From Candidatus Yanofskybacteria bacterium (GTDB taxonomy: Bacteria; Patescibacteriota; Minisyncoccia; 2-02-FULL-40-12; GWA2-44-9), in assembly GCA_020852375.1 (NCBI GenBank), contig JADZAY010000003.1, positions 6 to 64,005 of the forward strand: a stretch of DNA of 64,000 nt, in the 5' to 3' direction. A program made the translations under genes and the position numbers. Position 1 is the stretch's first letter. Each line of letters starts with the position of its first letter. Positions 17,735 to 27,617 of this stretch are shown one piece after another. The notes below the pieces were generated by a model. That model was not told where the DNA came from. It was given only the letters and a program-made list of their open reading frames with translations, and made no database searches.

Positions 17735-19497
17735 GGAGCCAGAGAAAGAACGATACGTTGCCATGCGCTACTGATTGCTGCGGTCGTTGTGAGGGGTTGG
17801 TATCCGGGGCGGGTTATCTCAACGGTCACCGTATCGGCGCTGATGCCGTTGAAGTATGCCTGTCCGGTCGGGACGCAGCCGGATGAGAACCCGAGCGCGA
17901 CGTCGGTGAGCGAAGGAGTGTAGGCTGCGTCCGCAGTACTCAGATACGCGCGATATTTGAAGTAGCGATTTCCCGCGAGGAAGCCGGGGATGGCTTGTCC
18001 GGGCGTAGTGAAGAAACTGGTCGGGGAGCCGTCGGGGCCGACCCACGTCCAGGTTGCGTTGTCGCTGTTCGCGGCGACCTGGAATGTGAGGCTCTCCGCT
18101 CCGGTCGGTGCGGGCTGGCTGGTCGGGTTCCACTGCAAATCCTGGAAGGTGATGCTTGATGTGCCGAGATCGATCGATTCCGATTCGAGCCACTCAAGAC
18201 TTGCGCTGGCGTATGAACCTCCCTGCGAGAGGAGGGTGAGCTGTTGCGGGTCGGAGACATCCAAAAAGTCGCTTGCGAATGTGTAGGACCCTGCAGGCCA
18301 ATCCGTTTGTAGGATCGAGCCGTAGCCGGAGGTGCGTGTTCGGTCGTATCCGGTTCCCGTGACTCGAACGGTCGCGTCGTTGAGTGGTTGACCGTTTTGA
18401 TCCGTTACCGATACGAGCAGCGCATTGCCGGAGCGCGACGCCACCATCCAGGCCAGGGCGTGGTCAGTTGCTGGGTCGATCGTCAGTGAGAGAGACGCAA
18501 TGGCTCCCGCGATGTCTCGAGTCGTGTCGGTTGGGCGGAATGTGTAGGTATCCCACTCTACGGCGGAGAGTGATGCGATACCCGATGCGGATGTCGTGGT
18601 GGTTGCCGAATATTTCGGCGTATCCGGACTCGTTCCGATGAGTTTCGTTCCGGTCATCAGGAATGAGAACGCACCTGCGGGTGTGCATACCTGATCGCGC
18701 GCCTGAACGGAGAGGGTGCTCACACGATCGATCGCGAGACTTGTGATCGTGAGTTGTTGGGTTGCGACGGTCGCGTCGGGCTGGAGCGGGTTCGCCGGCG
18801 CGCCGGGGGCGTAGGTTTGATCGCTGCTGTAGCCATCTTTCTGGACGGTGATGCGATATCCGGCAGAGCTGGTTGCGATGTCGACGAGCTGTAAAAGCCC
18901 ATCATTGTTCGTGGTGTCGGTCAGGTCGATCGCCGGAGTAACAGAGGCGTTCGTAACATGCACGGTCGCCCCTGGGATCGCGGCCCCTGCAGCATCAAAG
19001 ACGCGGATGAACAGGTTCCCGTTCTTCGATGTACTCTCCAGATTCTTGGGGGCGATGTAGGTCGCCATGGAGATGATCTGGTATCGGGAGCAGGTGTCGC
19101 AGGTGACCTGGAATTGGACGATCTTATAGTCAGCCGGCGCGGTATCGTTCGGCGAACCGCCGAGCGTCCCGTCGAAGGGGTCGTCGATATTGCGAACGTA
19201 GGTGTGGAGCGTGAAAGGGACGCCGCCGACCGAAACGGTTTTCTCTTGTTGGAGTTTACCGGGCGGAACTCCCCCGACAACGCCGATATCTTCGTAGCGC
19301 ATATTGCGGGCGGTCTCGATTTCTGACTCGATGACGGAGAGCGCGCCGCTGTTGTAGTGCGCGGACTGGATGATCTCGAGGACGCTGGCGTATGAGAAGT
19401 ACACGCCGGTGCTGACGATCGCGAGAATGCCGAGACCGATCAGCGTCTCGACGACGGTAAATCCGGCGATGGGTACATGGCGAGCGTCGAGCTTCAT
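17731..19497 (-). CDS. Large pseudopilin-like protein with prepilin-type N-terminus
   Basis: AGFTVVETLIGLGILAIV motif, followed by ~550 aa of Thr/Ser-rich beta-type sequence. Confidence 0.65.
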   Translation of the reverse strand: MKLDARHVPIAGFTVVETLIGLGILAIVSTGVYFSYASVLEIIQSAHYNSGALSVIESEIETARNMRYEDIGVVGGVPPGKLQQEKTVSVGGVPFTLHTYVRNIDDPFDGTLGGSPNDTAPADYKIVQFQVTCDTCSRYQIISMATYIAPKNLESTSKNGNLFIRVFDAAGAAIPGATVHVTNASVTPAIDLTDTTNNDGLLQLVDIATSSAGYRITVQKDGYSSDQTYAPGAPANPLQPDATVATQQLTITSLAIDRVSTLSVQARDQVCTPAGAFSFLMTGTKLIGTSPDTPKYSATTTTSASGIASLSAVEWDTYTFRPTDTTRDIAGAIASLSLTIDPATDHALAWMVASRSGNALLVSVTDQNGQPLNDATVRVTGTGYDRTRTSGYGSILQTDWPAGSYTFASDFLDVSDPQQLTLLSQGGSYASASLEWLESESIDLGTSSITFQDLQWNPTSQPAPTGAESLTFQVAANSDNATWTWVGPDGSPTSFFTTPGQAIPGFLAGNRYFKYRAYLSTADAAYTPSLTDVALGFSSGCVPTGQAYFNGISADTVTVEITRPGYQPLTTTAAISSAWQRIVLSLAP

Positions 19498-20570
19498 CGG
19501 CCGAGCGTCTGAGTGATCTTGTAGATCGGGGTCATAATGGAAAGCGCTACGAAGCTGACCACGCCGCCCATGACCAAGAGAAGGAGCGGCTCAAGCACGT
19601 TGCTCAAGCTCTTGGTGGATCCGTCGAGCTCCCCTTCATAGAAGTCGGCGAGGAAGACGAGCGTTTCATCGAGCTTCCCGGTGTTCTCTCCGACCATGGA
19701 CATCTGGGAGAAGGTGGGCGGGAAGAGGCGCGGGTGGTCGATCATGGTCTTGCTCATAGGCTCTCCGCGACGCACCGCCTCGGCGATGGCCCGCACTTCG
19801 TTGCGATATACCAGATTGCCGAGCGTATCAGCGGTGATCTCGAGGGCCTGCACGATCTTTACGCCTCCGCGGAGGAGGAGGTTGAGTGTGCGCGCCATGT
19901 TGATGATGTTCACTTCGGTCGCGAGGCGCCCGATGAGCGGGAGGGCGAGAATGAATCGATGCCAAGCGAGGCGGAACGATTCAACGCGAAGCAGAAGCCA
20001 GAACGCCACCGCGAGGAGCGCCATCCCGGCAAAGACGTATCCCCCGTACGCGTACAGGAATTCCGAGGACGCGATGAAGGTTCTCGTCGTCCAGGGGAGT
20101 TCGGTGTTCAGACTTTTGAGAACGGGGAGGATCTTCGGGAAAATGACGAACGATAGGATCCCGGTGATGCCGAGCGTTGCGAAGAGAATGATGAGTGGGT
20201 AAGCCATCGCTCCGCGGATCTTCTTTTGGAGCTCTCCTTTCTTTCCGAGCTCTGCGGCGAGGTAGCGGAAATTCTCCGAGAGTGTTCCGGAGGTCTCGCC
20301 GACCCGAATGAGATTAATAAAGAAATCGCCAAAGATCGCTCGGTAGTGTTCCATCCCGACTGACAGGTAATGACCGTTGCGGACATCGGCGATGAGGCCG
20401 TCGAGAACATGGATGAACGGCTTACTGGTCGTTTGGCGCTTGAGGATCTCGAGAGCGTCGAGGATCTGCATGCCCGACCGCGTCATCATCTCCATGTGGC
20501 GCGCGAAGAGCATCTTATCCTTCAGAGATAGACGGAAGAACAGGTTGTTGAGATCGGAGAGCTTACTCAT
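19494..20570 (-). CDS. pilC: Type IV pilus / T2SS inner-membrane platform protein (PilC/GspF family)
   Basis: Two GspF domains and three TM segments. Confidence 0.85.
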   Translation of the reverse strand: MSKLSDLNNLFFRLSLKDKMLFARHMEMMTRSGMQILDALEILKRQTTSKPFIHVLDGLIADVRNGHYLSVGMEHYRAIFGDFFINLIRVGETSGTLSENFRYLAAELGKKGELQKKIRGAMAYPLIILFATLGITGILSFVIFPKILPVLKSLNTELPWTTRTFIASSEFLYAYGGYVFAGMALLAVAFWLLLRVESFRLAWHRFILALPLIGRLATEVNIINMARTLNLLLRGGVKIVQALEITADTLGNLVYRNEVRAIAEAVRRGEPMSKTMIDHPRLFPPTFSQMSMVGENTGKLDETLVFLADFYEGELDGSTKSLSNVLEPLLLLVMGGVVSFVALSIMTPIYKITQTLGR

Positions 20571-22293
20571 GGATGACGCGGAGAATTTCTTCGATGGTCG
20601 TGAGTCCGGCGACGGCCTTGCGGAAGCCGTCCTCGAGGAGCGTTGTCATACCGTTCTTGATGGCGATCTTCTTGATCTCGCCGGCGTCCGCATGCCGCAT
20701 GACCGCTTCGCGGATGAAGTCGTTCATTTCTAGGATCTCGTAGATGCCCATACGGCCGTGGTACCCGGAGTTGTGACACACCTCGCATCCCTTCCCCTGA
20801 AAGAAGTCGTGGTGGTCGTCGAGCAGCTCGGCGGGGATGTTCTCTTTCAGTGCGTTGAATTCTCCCTCGGTAATGCGACGCGCGACTTTGCAGTGCTGAC
20901 AGATCATACGGAGGAGACGTTGCCCCATGGCCACATTCACGGTTGATGCGACCAAGAATGGCTCTACGCCCATATCAAGCAGGCGAGGGAGCGTGGTCGC
21001 GGCGTCGTTGGTGTGGAGGGTCGCCAGCAGTTTATGTCCGGTGAGGGCGGCGTTCACCGCGATGGAGGCAGTCTCCTCGTCGCGGATCTCGCCGACCATG
21101 ATGACGTTCGGGTCCTGACGAAGGATAGACCGGAGACCGGCGGCGAAGGTGAGGCCGGTGCGAGTATTCACCTGGATCTGGTCGACGCCCTCCAGGGAGT
21201 ATTCGATCGGGTCTTCGAGGGTGATGATCTGCACCTCTCGCGTATTGAGCTCCTTGAGGATCGTGTAGAGCGTGGTTGTTTTCCCTGAGCCGGTCGGGCC
21301 GGTGGCGAGGATCATGCCGTACGGGGTTTGTACTGCCTTCCGGATCTTTTTTCGGTCGACCTCGGTGAGCGCGAGGTCATCGAGCGAGTCGATCGTGGTC
21401 TGTTCGGCGAGCAAGCGCAGGACTGCGTTCTCTCCGTAATACGTGGGGACGATGCTTACACGCACGTCGAATTGTTTTTCGGAGTCGGTGACGCTCATGC
21501 GGAACCGCCCGTCCTGTGCGGCCTGGTGTTCATCGGTGCGCATGCCGCCAAGCACCTTGATGCGCGTGATGATTCCCGAGTGAAGGCTCTTTGGGAATGT
21601 GAAGATATCGTGAAGAATGCCGTCGATGCGCATGCGTGCGACGAGCCGGTCCTCGTAGGGTTCGAGGTGGATGTCCGATGCGCGGGCCATGTAGCCGTAG
21701 CTCATCATACTGTCGACAATCTGGATGATCGACACATCTGCTTCCGGCATCTTGAGGAGCTTCTCGATGTCTTCTTTGAATTTTTGCGCCTGCGCAACTA
21801 GGGCCGCCTCATCGACTTGTTTGGCGGGGACTACGGCAGCTGCTTCTTTCTTTTTTGGCGAGGCGTCCGGTGCGGGTGCTGCGGGGCTTTGCTCGGGAGC
21901 TTTCCCGAGTGCGATCTCGGCGATGCGCGCCGCGATGCCATCGACGTTGGTCTCCGTTTTGATGATGTGCTCGGTGAGCCCCGCATCGGTTGCCTTGGCG
22001 ACATTTTCCGTATCTTCGGCACTGAAGAGTCCGAGGATGGGAAGCTCGTCTGCTGGATGGCTGGCACGGATCTGTTCGATGGTCGCTTTGCCATCAGGCG
22101 TCCCGGTGAGCGGGAAGTCGATGACGATGAGTGTTGGCTTCTCTCGCGTGAGCGCTTCAATGCCGGCCGCGCCCGATGCGGCATGCAGGGGGACGAGTCC
22201 GAGATTCGTCATCTTTTCGGCAAGCAGCTGCGCCATTAAGGCGTTATCCTCAATCAAAAGGATGTGAGTTCCCTTCGCTGATGCCATATACAA
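20563..22293 (-). CDS. pilB: Type IV pilus assembly ATPase (PilB/GspE family) with N-terminal CheY-like receiver domain
   Basis: Walker A GPTGSGKTTTLYT and GspE core. The N-terminal ~115 aa carry REC signatures (IEDN, LIVIDF, ILGLFS, HIIK). Confidence 0.85.
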   Translation of the reverse strand: MYMASAKGTHILLIEDNALMAQLLAEKMTNLGLVPLHAASGAAGIEALTREKPTLIVIDFPLTGTPDGKATIEQIRASHPADELPILGLFSAEDTENVAKATDAGLTEHIIKTETNVDGIAARIAEIALGKAPEQSPAAPAPDASPKKKEAAAVVPAKQVDEAALVAQAQKFKEDIEKLLKMPEADVSIIQIVDSMMSYGYMARASDIHLEPYEDRLVARMRIDGILHDIFTFPKSLHSGIITRIKVLGGMRTDEHQAAQDGRFRMSVTDSEKQFDVRVSIVPTYYGENAVLRLLAEQTTIDSLDDLALTEVDRKKIRKAVQTPYGMILATGPTGSGKTTTLYTILKELNTREVQIITLEDPIEYSLEGVDQIQVNTRTGLTFAAGLRSILRQDPNVIMVGEIRDEETASIAVNAALTGHKLLATLHTNDAATTLPRLLDMGVEPFLVASTVNVAMGQRLLRMICQHCKVARRITEGEFNALKENIPAELLDDHHDFFQGKGCEVCHNSGYHGRMGIYEILEMNDFIREAVMRHADAGEIKKIAIKNGMTTLLEDGFRKAVAGLTTIEEILRVIHE

Positions 22294-22382
22294 TATAGTA
22301 TATCACAGCGCCGAGCTGTGCCGTTTCCATTCCCGTGGAGATTGGGTAGAATACAATCGTATCGACACAACATGATGCAATC

Positions 22383-22793
22383 ATGCTAAATACGGTGAAC
22401 TATTGGGCGGTGTTTGCTGCTGCGGTGGCGTATATGGTGATCGGGTATCTCTGGTATGGGCCGTTGTTCGGTGCGCGATGGCGACGACTGCAGGGGCTGA
22501 GCGATGAGGCGATGCGCTCGATGCCGCTGTCGGCGGGACAAGCGATGGGGATCGGATTCGTTTCAGCGCTTCTTATGGCTTTCGTGCTCGGGCAATTCGC
22601 GGTCCTGTGGGGGGCGCTGACGGTCGGCGATGCGATCGCTCTCGCATTCTGGGTGTGGCTCGGGTTCGTGGTGACGACGCAAGCTGGGTCGTGGCTCTGG
22701 GAGGGGAAACCGTTCGCGTTGCTGGCATTGAATGGGGCGGCCTCGCTGGTGTCGTTCGTCGCGATGGCTACGATACTGGTGTTGTTCCAGTAG
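22383..22793 (+). CDS. DUF1761-like small membrane protein
   Basis: 4 TM segments. N-terminal NYWAV...YMVIGYLWYGPLFG is typical of DUF1761. Confidence 0.55.
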   Translation: MLNTVNYWAVFAAAVAYMVIGYLWYGPLFGARWRRLQGLSDEAMRSMPLSAGQAMGIGFVSALLMAFVLGQFAVLWGALTVGDAIALAFWVWLGFVVTTQAGSWLWEGKPFALLALNGAASLVSFVAMATILVLFQ

Positions 22794-22808
22794 GCTTCGT
22801 GTTGTGAT

Positions 22809-23819
22809 GTGCTCATGACGGCAAGTACCATCATCATTATTGCGCTCTTGGTAGGCATTGCGGTCGCCCTTGCGATCATCGCGCGGGGACTTGTGGCGCG
22901 GCGTTCGTCGGAGCCGGATCAGTCAGTGCTCATGCTTGCCCAACGGCTCGACGCACTGCATCAGCAAGTGACGCAGCAGCTTGAGCAGAGCCGGCAGGCA
23001 TCGGAGCAGGCGACCCGTTCGGTCTTCTCGCAGGTGCAGTCGTTCACCCAGGGAATGACCGAACTCCGAGAGACGGTGCATCGAGTGCAGGAATCGGTGA
23101 AAGACGTTGCATCATTCCAGGAGATGTTCCGCTCCCCGAAACTTCGCGGGACTTGGGGAGAGCTGACGCTCGGATCGATCTTGCGCGAATATTTTCCGCA
23201 TGGCGGATACGAAGAACAGCATGCGTTCTCATCAGGAGAGATCGTTGACGCCGTCGTGAAGCTTCCGAACGACCTCTTGCTTCCCATCGACAGCAAGTTC
23301 AGCTGGGAGAATTTCAAAAAGATGACCGAGGCTGAAGGGGATGCGGCACGGCAGGCGTATCGCAAGGCCTTCGTATCCGATGTGAAGAAGCGTATCGACG
23401 AGATCGCCACGAAGTACATCCTTCCCGGCGAGGGCACTGTGGACATGGCCCTCATGTATATGCCCGCCGAGTCCATTTACTACGAAGTGATCCAGAATGT
23501 GACCGCCGACGATGTCGCCGAGTATGCGCGCAAGCGGAAGGTGTATCTTGCATCACCGAACACGCTCTACATCACGCTCTCTGCGGTGATCCACTGGTTC
23601 AAGGATGTGCAGCTGCAGAAACAAACGCGCGACCTCATGAAGAAGCTTGAAGTGGTCATCAAGGATGCGAGCGTGCTCGCGACCGATTTTCGGAAGCTGG
23701 GCGATCATCTTTCCGATGCGCAGTCCGCGTTCGAGCGCTCCGACAAAAAGCTGGGGCATCTGGTGGAGCGGACGCAGAAGGTTATCGATCTCGCCGGAGA
23801 TGCAAAGCAGATAGAATAA
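22809..23819 (+). CDS. rmuC: DNA recombination protein RmuC
   Basis: N-terminal TM plus coiled coil, and an RmuC core (KLRGTWGELTLGSILRE...LLPIDSKFSWENF). Confidence 0.85.
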   Translation: MLMTASTIIIIALLVGIAVALAIIARGLVARRSSEPDQSVLMLAQRLDALHQQVTQQLEQSRQASEQATRSVFSQVQSFTQGMTELRETVHRVQESVKDVASFQEMFRSPKLRGTWGELTLGSILREYFPHGGYEEQHAFSSGEIVDAVVKLPNDLLLPIDSKFSWENFKKMTEAEGDAARQAYRKAFVSDVKKRIDEIATKYILPGEGTVDMALMYMPAESIYYEVIQNVTADDVAEYARKRKVYLASPNTLYITLSAVIHWFKDVQLQKQTRDLMKKLEVVIKDASVLATDFRKLGDHLSDAQSAFERSDKKLGHLVERTQKVIDLAGDAKQIE

Positions 23820-23820
23820 A

Positions 23821-23838
23821 CCCCGCCGTGGCGGGGTG
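23821..23838 (+). terminator. Intrinsic terminator hairpin after rmuC
   Basis: ccccgccgtggcgggg. Confidence 0.5.
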
Positions 23839-23854
23839 CGAGCTGATTGGTATA

Positions 23855-24220
23855 TCAGCTCGGAATCGAGAGCGACCAGACCGTCACGGAAATGGCGTGG
23901 GCGGCTTGGTTCGCTCTGAACCATGTACGCATGGCGGGAATTGCCGCTTTGCCCTCTTGGTGGCTGGCGACGCGGGCGCCGAACCCGACCTGTCCGGTTG
24001 GCGTGGTGACCTCCATGAACTCGAATGCGTGGTCGTCGACGTGGTAGGTGGTCACCCGAGTCCCGTTCGGGTAGATCGTTGTTGTGCTCAGTGCGCGCTT
24101 GCCCGAAACGTTAGTGTACGCTCGGAGTAGGGCGCGCTCTTCTTCCAGCGCTGCTTCAATGTCCGCTTCCGAGGTCTCTCGGGGGTCGACATTGATGCCG
24201 ACCCATATCAGTTCTCGCAT
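23855..24220 (-). CDS. Hypothetical protein
   Basis: 121-aa ORF with no recognisable motif. Confidence 0.4.
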   Translation of the reverse strand: MRELIWVGINVDPRETSEADIEAALEEERALLRAYTNVSGKRALSTTTIYPNGTRVTTYHVDDHAFEFMEVTTPTGQVGFGARVASHQEGKAAIPAMRTWFRANQAAHAISVTVWSLSIPS

Positions 24221-24337
24221 GGGTGCCTCCGCGGTGAATATACAGTAAAAAGTTCATAAGTCAATTGATTTCTTTGTACCGATTTTCTACACTGGTCAAC
24301 GTACACAACTAAGGAGTCGCACGTCTTTTTTATTCGT

Positions 24338-26374
24338 ATGGAGTACACGCTGCTTGCGTTCGGTATCTCGATAGCCGCGCTCATCTTTGCGGGCCTGCTT
24401 GCCCGGTGGGTGCTTCGTCAGCCAGTCGGTACGCCGGCCATGGTCGCCGTATCCGATGTGATCCGTGAAGGCGCGAATGCCTTCATGCGTCGCCAGTATC
24501 GGACCATCGGTCTGATCAGCGTCTTGCTGGCCGTTGTATTGCTGCTCGCGTACGGACTGACCGGAAGCTGGAGCCATGGATGGCAGACCGCCGCCGCGTT
24601 CTTGTTCGGTGCAGCTTCGTCCGCGGTTGCGGGCATCGTTGCGATGGCAATCTCGGTGCGGGCGAACATCCGCGCAGCAGGAGCCGCACAGCGCGGCCTT
24701 CCGCAGGCGCTTCAGATCGCACTTCGTGGTGGCGCGGTGTCGGGCATCATCATTGTTGCGATGTCCCTGCTTGGCATCAGCATCCTGTTCTTGATCTATG
24801 AGTGGCTCGGCTTTTCGATTCAGGAGATCCCCTCGCTCATCGTGGGCTACGGTTTCGGGGCCTCGCTGGTTGCGCTCTTTGCGCAGCTGGGCGGTGGTAT
24901 CTTCACCAAAGCTGCCGATGTCGGTGCTGACCTCGTCGGGAAGGTTGAGTCGGGTATCCCCGAGGATGATCCTCGGAACCCGGCCGTTGTTGCTGATCTC
25001 GTGGGCGACAATGTCGGCGACTGCGCGGGTCGCGGTGCCGACCTGTTCGAGTCCGCGGCTGCTGAGAACATTGGCGCCATGATCCTCGGCGTATCGTTGT
25101 TCCCGGTGTTCGGTATCAAAGGCATCATGTTCCCCCTTGTGCTGCGAGCGTTCGGATTGATCGCCACCATCGTGGGAATCTTTTCCGCGAAGGCGAAGGC
25201 GGATGAAAATCCGATGAACAGCTTGAACCGCGGCTACTGGGTGACCTCAGTGCTCGCTGCGGCAGCCTTCTACTTCGTGACGCAGAGCATGCTCGGCAAT
25301 ATGTGGTTCTTCTGGGCCGGCATGGTCGGTATTGCGACCTCCATCGTGTTCGTCTATCTGACCCAGTACTACACCGAGTCGCGGTTCCGCCCGGTTCGTG
25401 AGATCGCGGAGGCATCAACGACCGGGCATGGCACGAACATCATTTCCGGATACGCGGTCGGCCTTGAATCCACGGGTGCAACGGTCGTCGCTATCAGCAC
25501 AGCGCTTCTTGCATCGTATTGGCTCGGCGCGAACAGCGGCGTTGCGCACGGCGGTCTATACGGTACCGCAGTGGCGACCATGGGAATGCTCGCAACGGCT
25601 GCATATGTGCTCGCGATGGACGTGTTCGGTCCGATCACCGACAACGCGGGCGGCATCGTCGAGATGTCGAAGGCGTCGGAAGATGTTCGCCGGACGACCG
25701 ACAAGCTCGATGCCGCAGGGAACACCACCAAGGCGCTGACGAAGGGCTATGCTATCGGGTCGGCCGCGCTTGCTGCATTCTTGCTCTTCAGTGCGTACCT
25801 CGAAGAGGCACACCTGTCGGTCGTGAACCTTGCGAACGTTGAAGTGTTCATCGGAGCATTGCTCGGCGCAACCCTCGTCTTCGTCTTCAGCTCGCTGGCT
25901 ATCCGCGCCGTCGGAAAGGCCGCATACTACATCATCAATGATGTTCGCGCGCAGTTCAAAGAGAATGCCGGTATCATGCAGGGAACCTCAAAGCCCGACT
26001 ACGCTCGTGCGGTGGACATTACCACGCGCGGTGCGCTGAAGGAGATGATCTTCCCGGGAGTGCTCGCGATCGTTGTGCCGATCGCAGTGGGTATGACCTT
26101 CAAGGCGGAAGCGGCAGCGGGCTTGTTGATGGTCGGTACCATCGCAGGCATCCTTATGGCGACGCTTATGAACAATGCCGGTGGCGCCTGGGATAACGCG
26201 AAGAAGTATATCGAAGAAGGGCATTACGGCGGAAAGGGTTCCGATACTCATAAGTCCGCAGTGACCGGAGATACGGTCGGCGATCCGTTCAAGGATACCG
26301 CGGGCCCGTCGCTCCATGTGCTCATCAAGCTATTGTCGACGCTGACGCTCGCGCTGGTTGCGCTGTTCGTGTAA
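24338..26374 (+). CDS. hppA: Membrane-bound H+/Na+-translocating pyrophosphatase
   Basis: GGGIFTKAADVGADLVGKVE and DNVGDCAGRGADLFES motifs. ~16 TM, 678 aa. Confidence 0.95.
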   Translation: MEYTLLAFGISIAALIFAGLLARWVLRQPVGTPAMVAVSDVIREGANAFMRRQYRTIGLISVLLAVVLLLAYGLTGSWSHGWQTAAAFLFGAASSAVAGIVAMAISVRANIRAAGAAQRGLPQALQIALRGGAVSGIIIVAMSLLGISILFLIYEWLGFSIQEIPSLIVGYGFGASLVALFAQLGGGIFTKAADVGADLVGKVESGIPEDDPRNPAVVADLVGDNVGDCAGRGADLFESAAAENIGAMILGVSLFPVFGIKGIMFPLVLRAFGLIATIVGIFSAKAKADENPMNSLNRGYWVTSVLAAAAFYFVTQSMLGNMWFFWAGMVGIATSIVFVYLTQYYTESRFRPVREIAEASTTGHGTNIISGYAVGLESTGATVVAISTALLASYWLGANSGVAHGGLYGTAVATMGMLATAAYVLAMDVFGPITDNAGGIVEMSKASEDVRRTTDKLDAAGNTTKALTKGYAIGSAALAAFLLFSAYLEEAHLSVVNLANVEVFIGALLGATLVFVFSSLAIRAVGKAAYYIINDVRAQFKENAGIMQGTSKPDYARAVDITTRGALKEMIFPGVLAIVVPIAVGMTFKAEAAAGLLMVGTIAGILMATLMNNAGGAWDNAKKYIEEGHYGGKGSDTHKSAVTGDTVGDPFKDTAGPSLHVLIKLLSTLTLALVALFV

Positions 26375-26429
26375 GCGTAAGTACCGGGAAAAGAATACAG
26401 GGCGTCCGCTTGGACGCCCTGTTGCGTTG

Positions 26430-26756
26430 CTACTGGCCCAGTGGCTCGTTCATGCCTTCACACCGGTCGTCGAATTTCTGAAGATCCTTCACGCTCGTTT
26501 CAATAGGAGTGATGGGCGGATTCTTTCCGCGTGGCTTGCCGAGGATATACCACTCTTCGGGTGTCTTCGTGAAGCCTCTTGCATCGCGGTTGAACGTCTG
26601 ACGTTCAACGATTTTGATGCTGAGAAGTACCCAGCCCTCCTTCAGAAGCTCATTTGCGACTTGCCAGCAATCGGCACGCGCAACTTCTCCGATCTTCGCC
26701 AAGTCCATGGCGGACTCCTTTTTGGTTTTCGCTACCCGTGTCTCGTGCGATTCCAC
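26430..26756 (-). CDS. Small protein, DUF4177-like (GWVLLSI ... YILGKP)
   Basis: C-terminal half resembles DUF4177 (ELLKEGWVLLSIKIV...EEWYILGKPRGK). Start may be the internal M (MDLAKIG). Confidence 0.4.
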   Translation of the reverse strand: MESHETRVAKTKKESAMDLAKIGEVARADCWQVANELLKEGWVLLSIKIVERQTFNRDARGFTKTPEEWYILGKPRGKNPPITPIETSVKDLQKFDDRCEGMNEPLGQ

Positions 26757-26824
26757 GGCCGGGACATTATGTCTATAGCACGATGCATATGGCGGTGCAA
26801 TGAGGTCATGATATACTTAGGCAT

Positions 26825-27529
26825 ATGGCAGACGCTCCGAAGATCCGGGTCGGCGATGTGATGACGAAAGATGTGCTAGCGATCGACGCCAACGATACGC
26901 TCGATGTCATCGCGGGGCTGTTCGAGAAGTACGACTACGACGGCATGCCCGTTGTAGATCAGCAGCACACGCTTCTGGGGATGATCACGGCGTACGACAT
27001 GGTCGTACAGTCGTCGGATGTGCACATCCCGACGCTCATCAAGCTGATGGAGCAGATCGGTCGCGAGAAGGGGGACCGTCGGATGCTCGACGCGTATTTC
27101 GGGAAGCTCAAAGACATCAAGGCGACCAGCATCATGAATCCGAAGGTCGTTTCCGTTCGTCAGGACGCGACGCTCGAAGAGGCGGCAAAGATCTTTGCGG
27201 ACTTCCATAAAGTGAATCCGCTCTGCGTGGTGGACGATCAGGGGAAACTGGTAGGAGTGTTGAGTCGCTACGATGTCATCAAGTTTTTCAACGAGAACTA
27301 CCTCCAGCGTGTTGTCCAGCAGGTGAATCCCGGGACTGATCCGTTCAAGGAGTTTCCGACCAAGTCGGGGACCGAAGTCGAAGAGGCGGTGCAGAAAGTG
27401 GAGCAGGAGTTCCTGCTGGTGAGCCGCCGCCGCCCGCTCATCTGGAAATACGTCGCATTCGCCATGTTTGCGGCCGGCCTCATTGCGGCGACCGCGCTCA
27501 TCATCCGTATCGTGCAGAAGAGCGGGTAG
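26825..27529 (+). CDS. CBS-domain pair protein with C-terminal TM anchor
   Basis: Two CBS motifs (VMTKDVLAID ... GMPVVD; IMNPKVVSVR ... LCVVDD) and a C-terminal hydrophobic helix. Confidence 0.8.
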   Translation: MADAPKIRVGDVMTKDVLAIDANDTLDVIAGLFEKYDYDGMPVVDQQHTLLGMITAYDMVVQSSDVHIPTLIKLMEQIGREKGDRRMLDAYFGKLKDIKATSIMNPKVVSVRQDATLEEAAKIFADFHKVNPLCVVDDQGKLVGVLSRYDVIKFFNENYLQRVVQQVNPGTDPFKEFPTKSGTEVEEAVQKVEQEFLLVSRRRPLIWKYVAFAMFAAGLIAATALIIRIVQKSG

Positions 27530-27530
27530 C

Positions 27531-27560
27531 TTGACGAAAAGCCATAAGTAGTGGTATAAT
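27531..27560 (+). promoter_or_regulatory. Near-consensus sigma70 promoter with extended -10 (TTGACG-18nt-TGgTATAAT)
   Basis: ttgacgaaaagccataagtagtggtataat, ~55 nt upstream of ORF 27618. Confidence 0.6.
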
Positions 27561-27617
27561 ATTCTCACGAGGCACTGGGCCTCTTTCGCTCGTTTACAGT
27601 ATCGACAGCGAACACAA

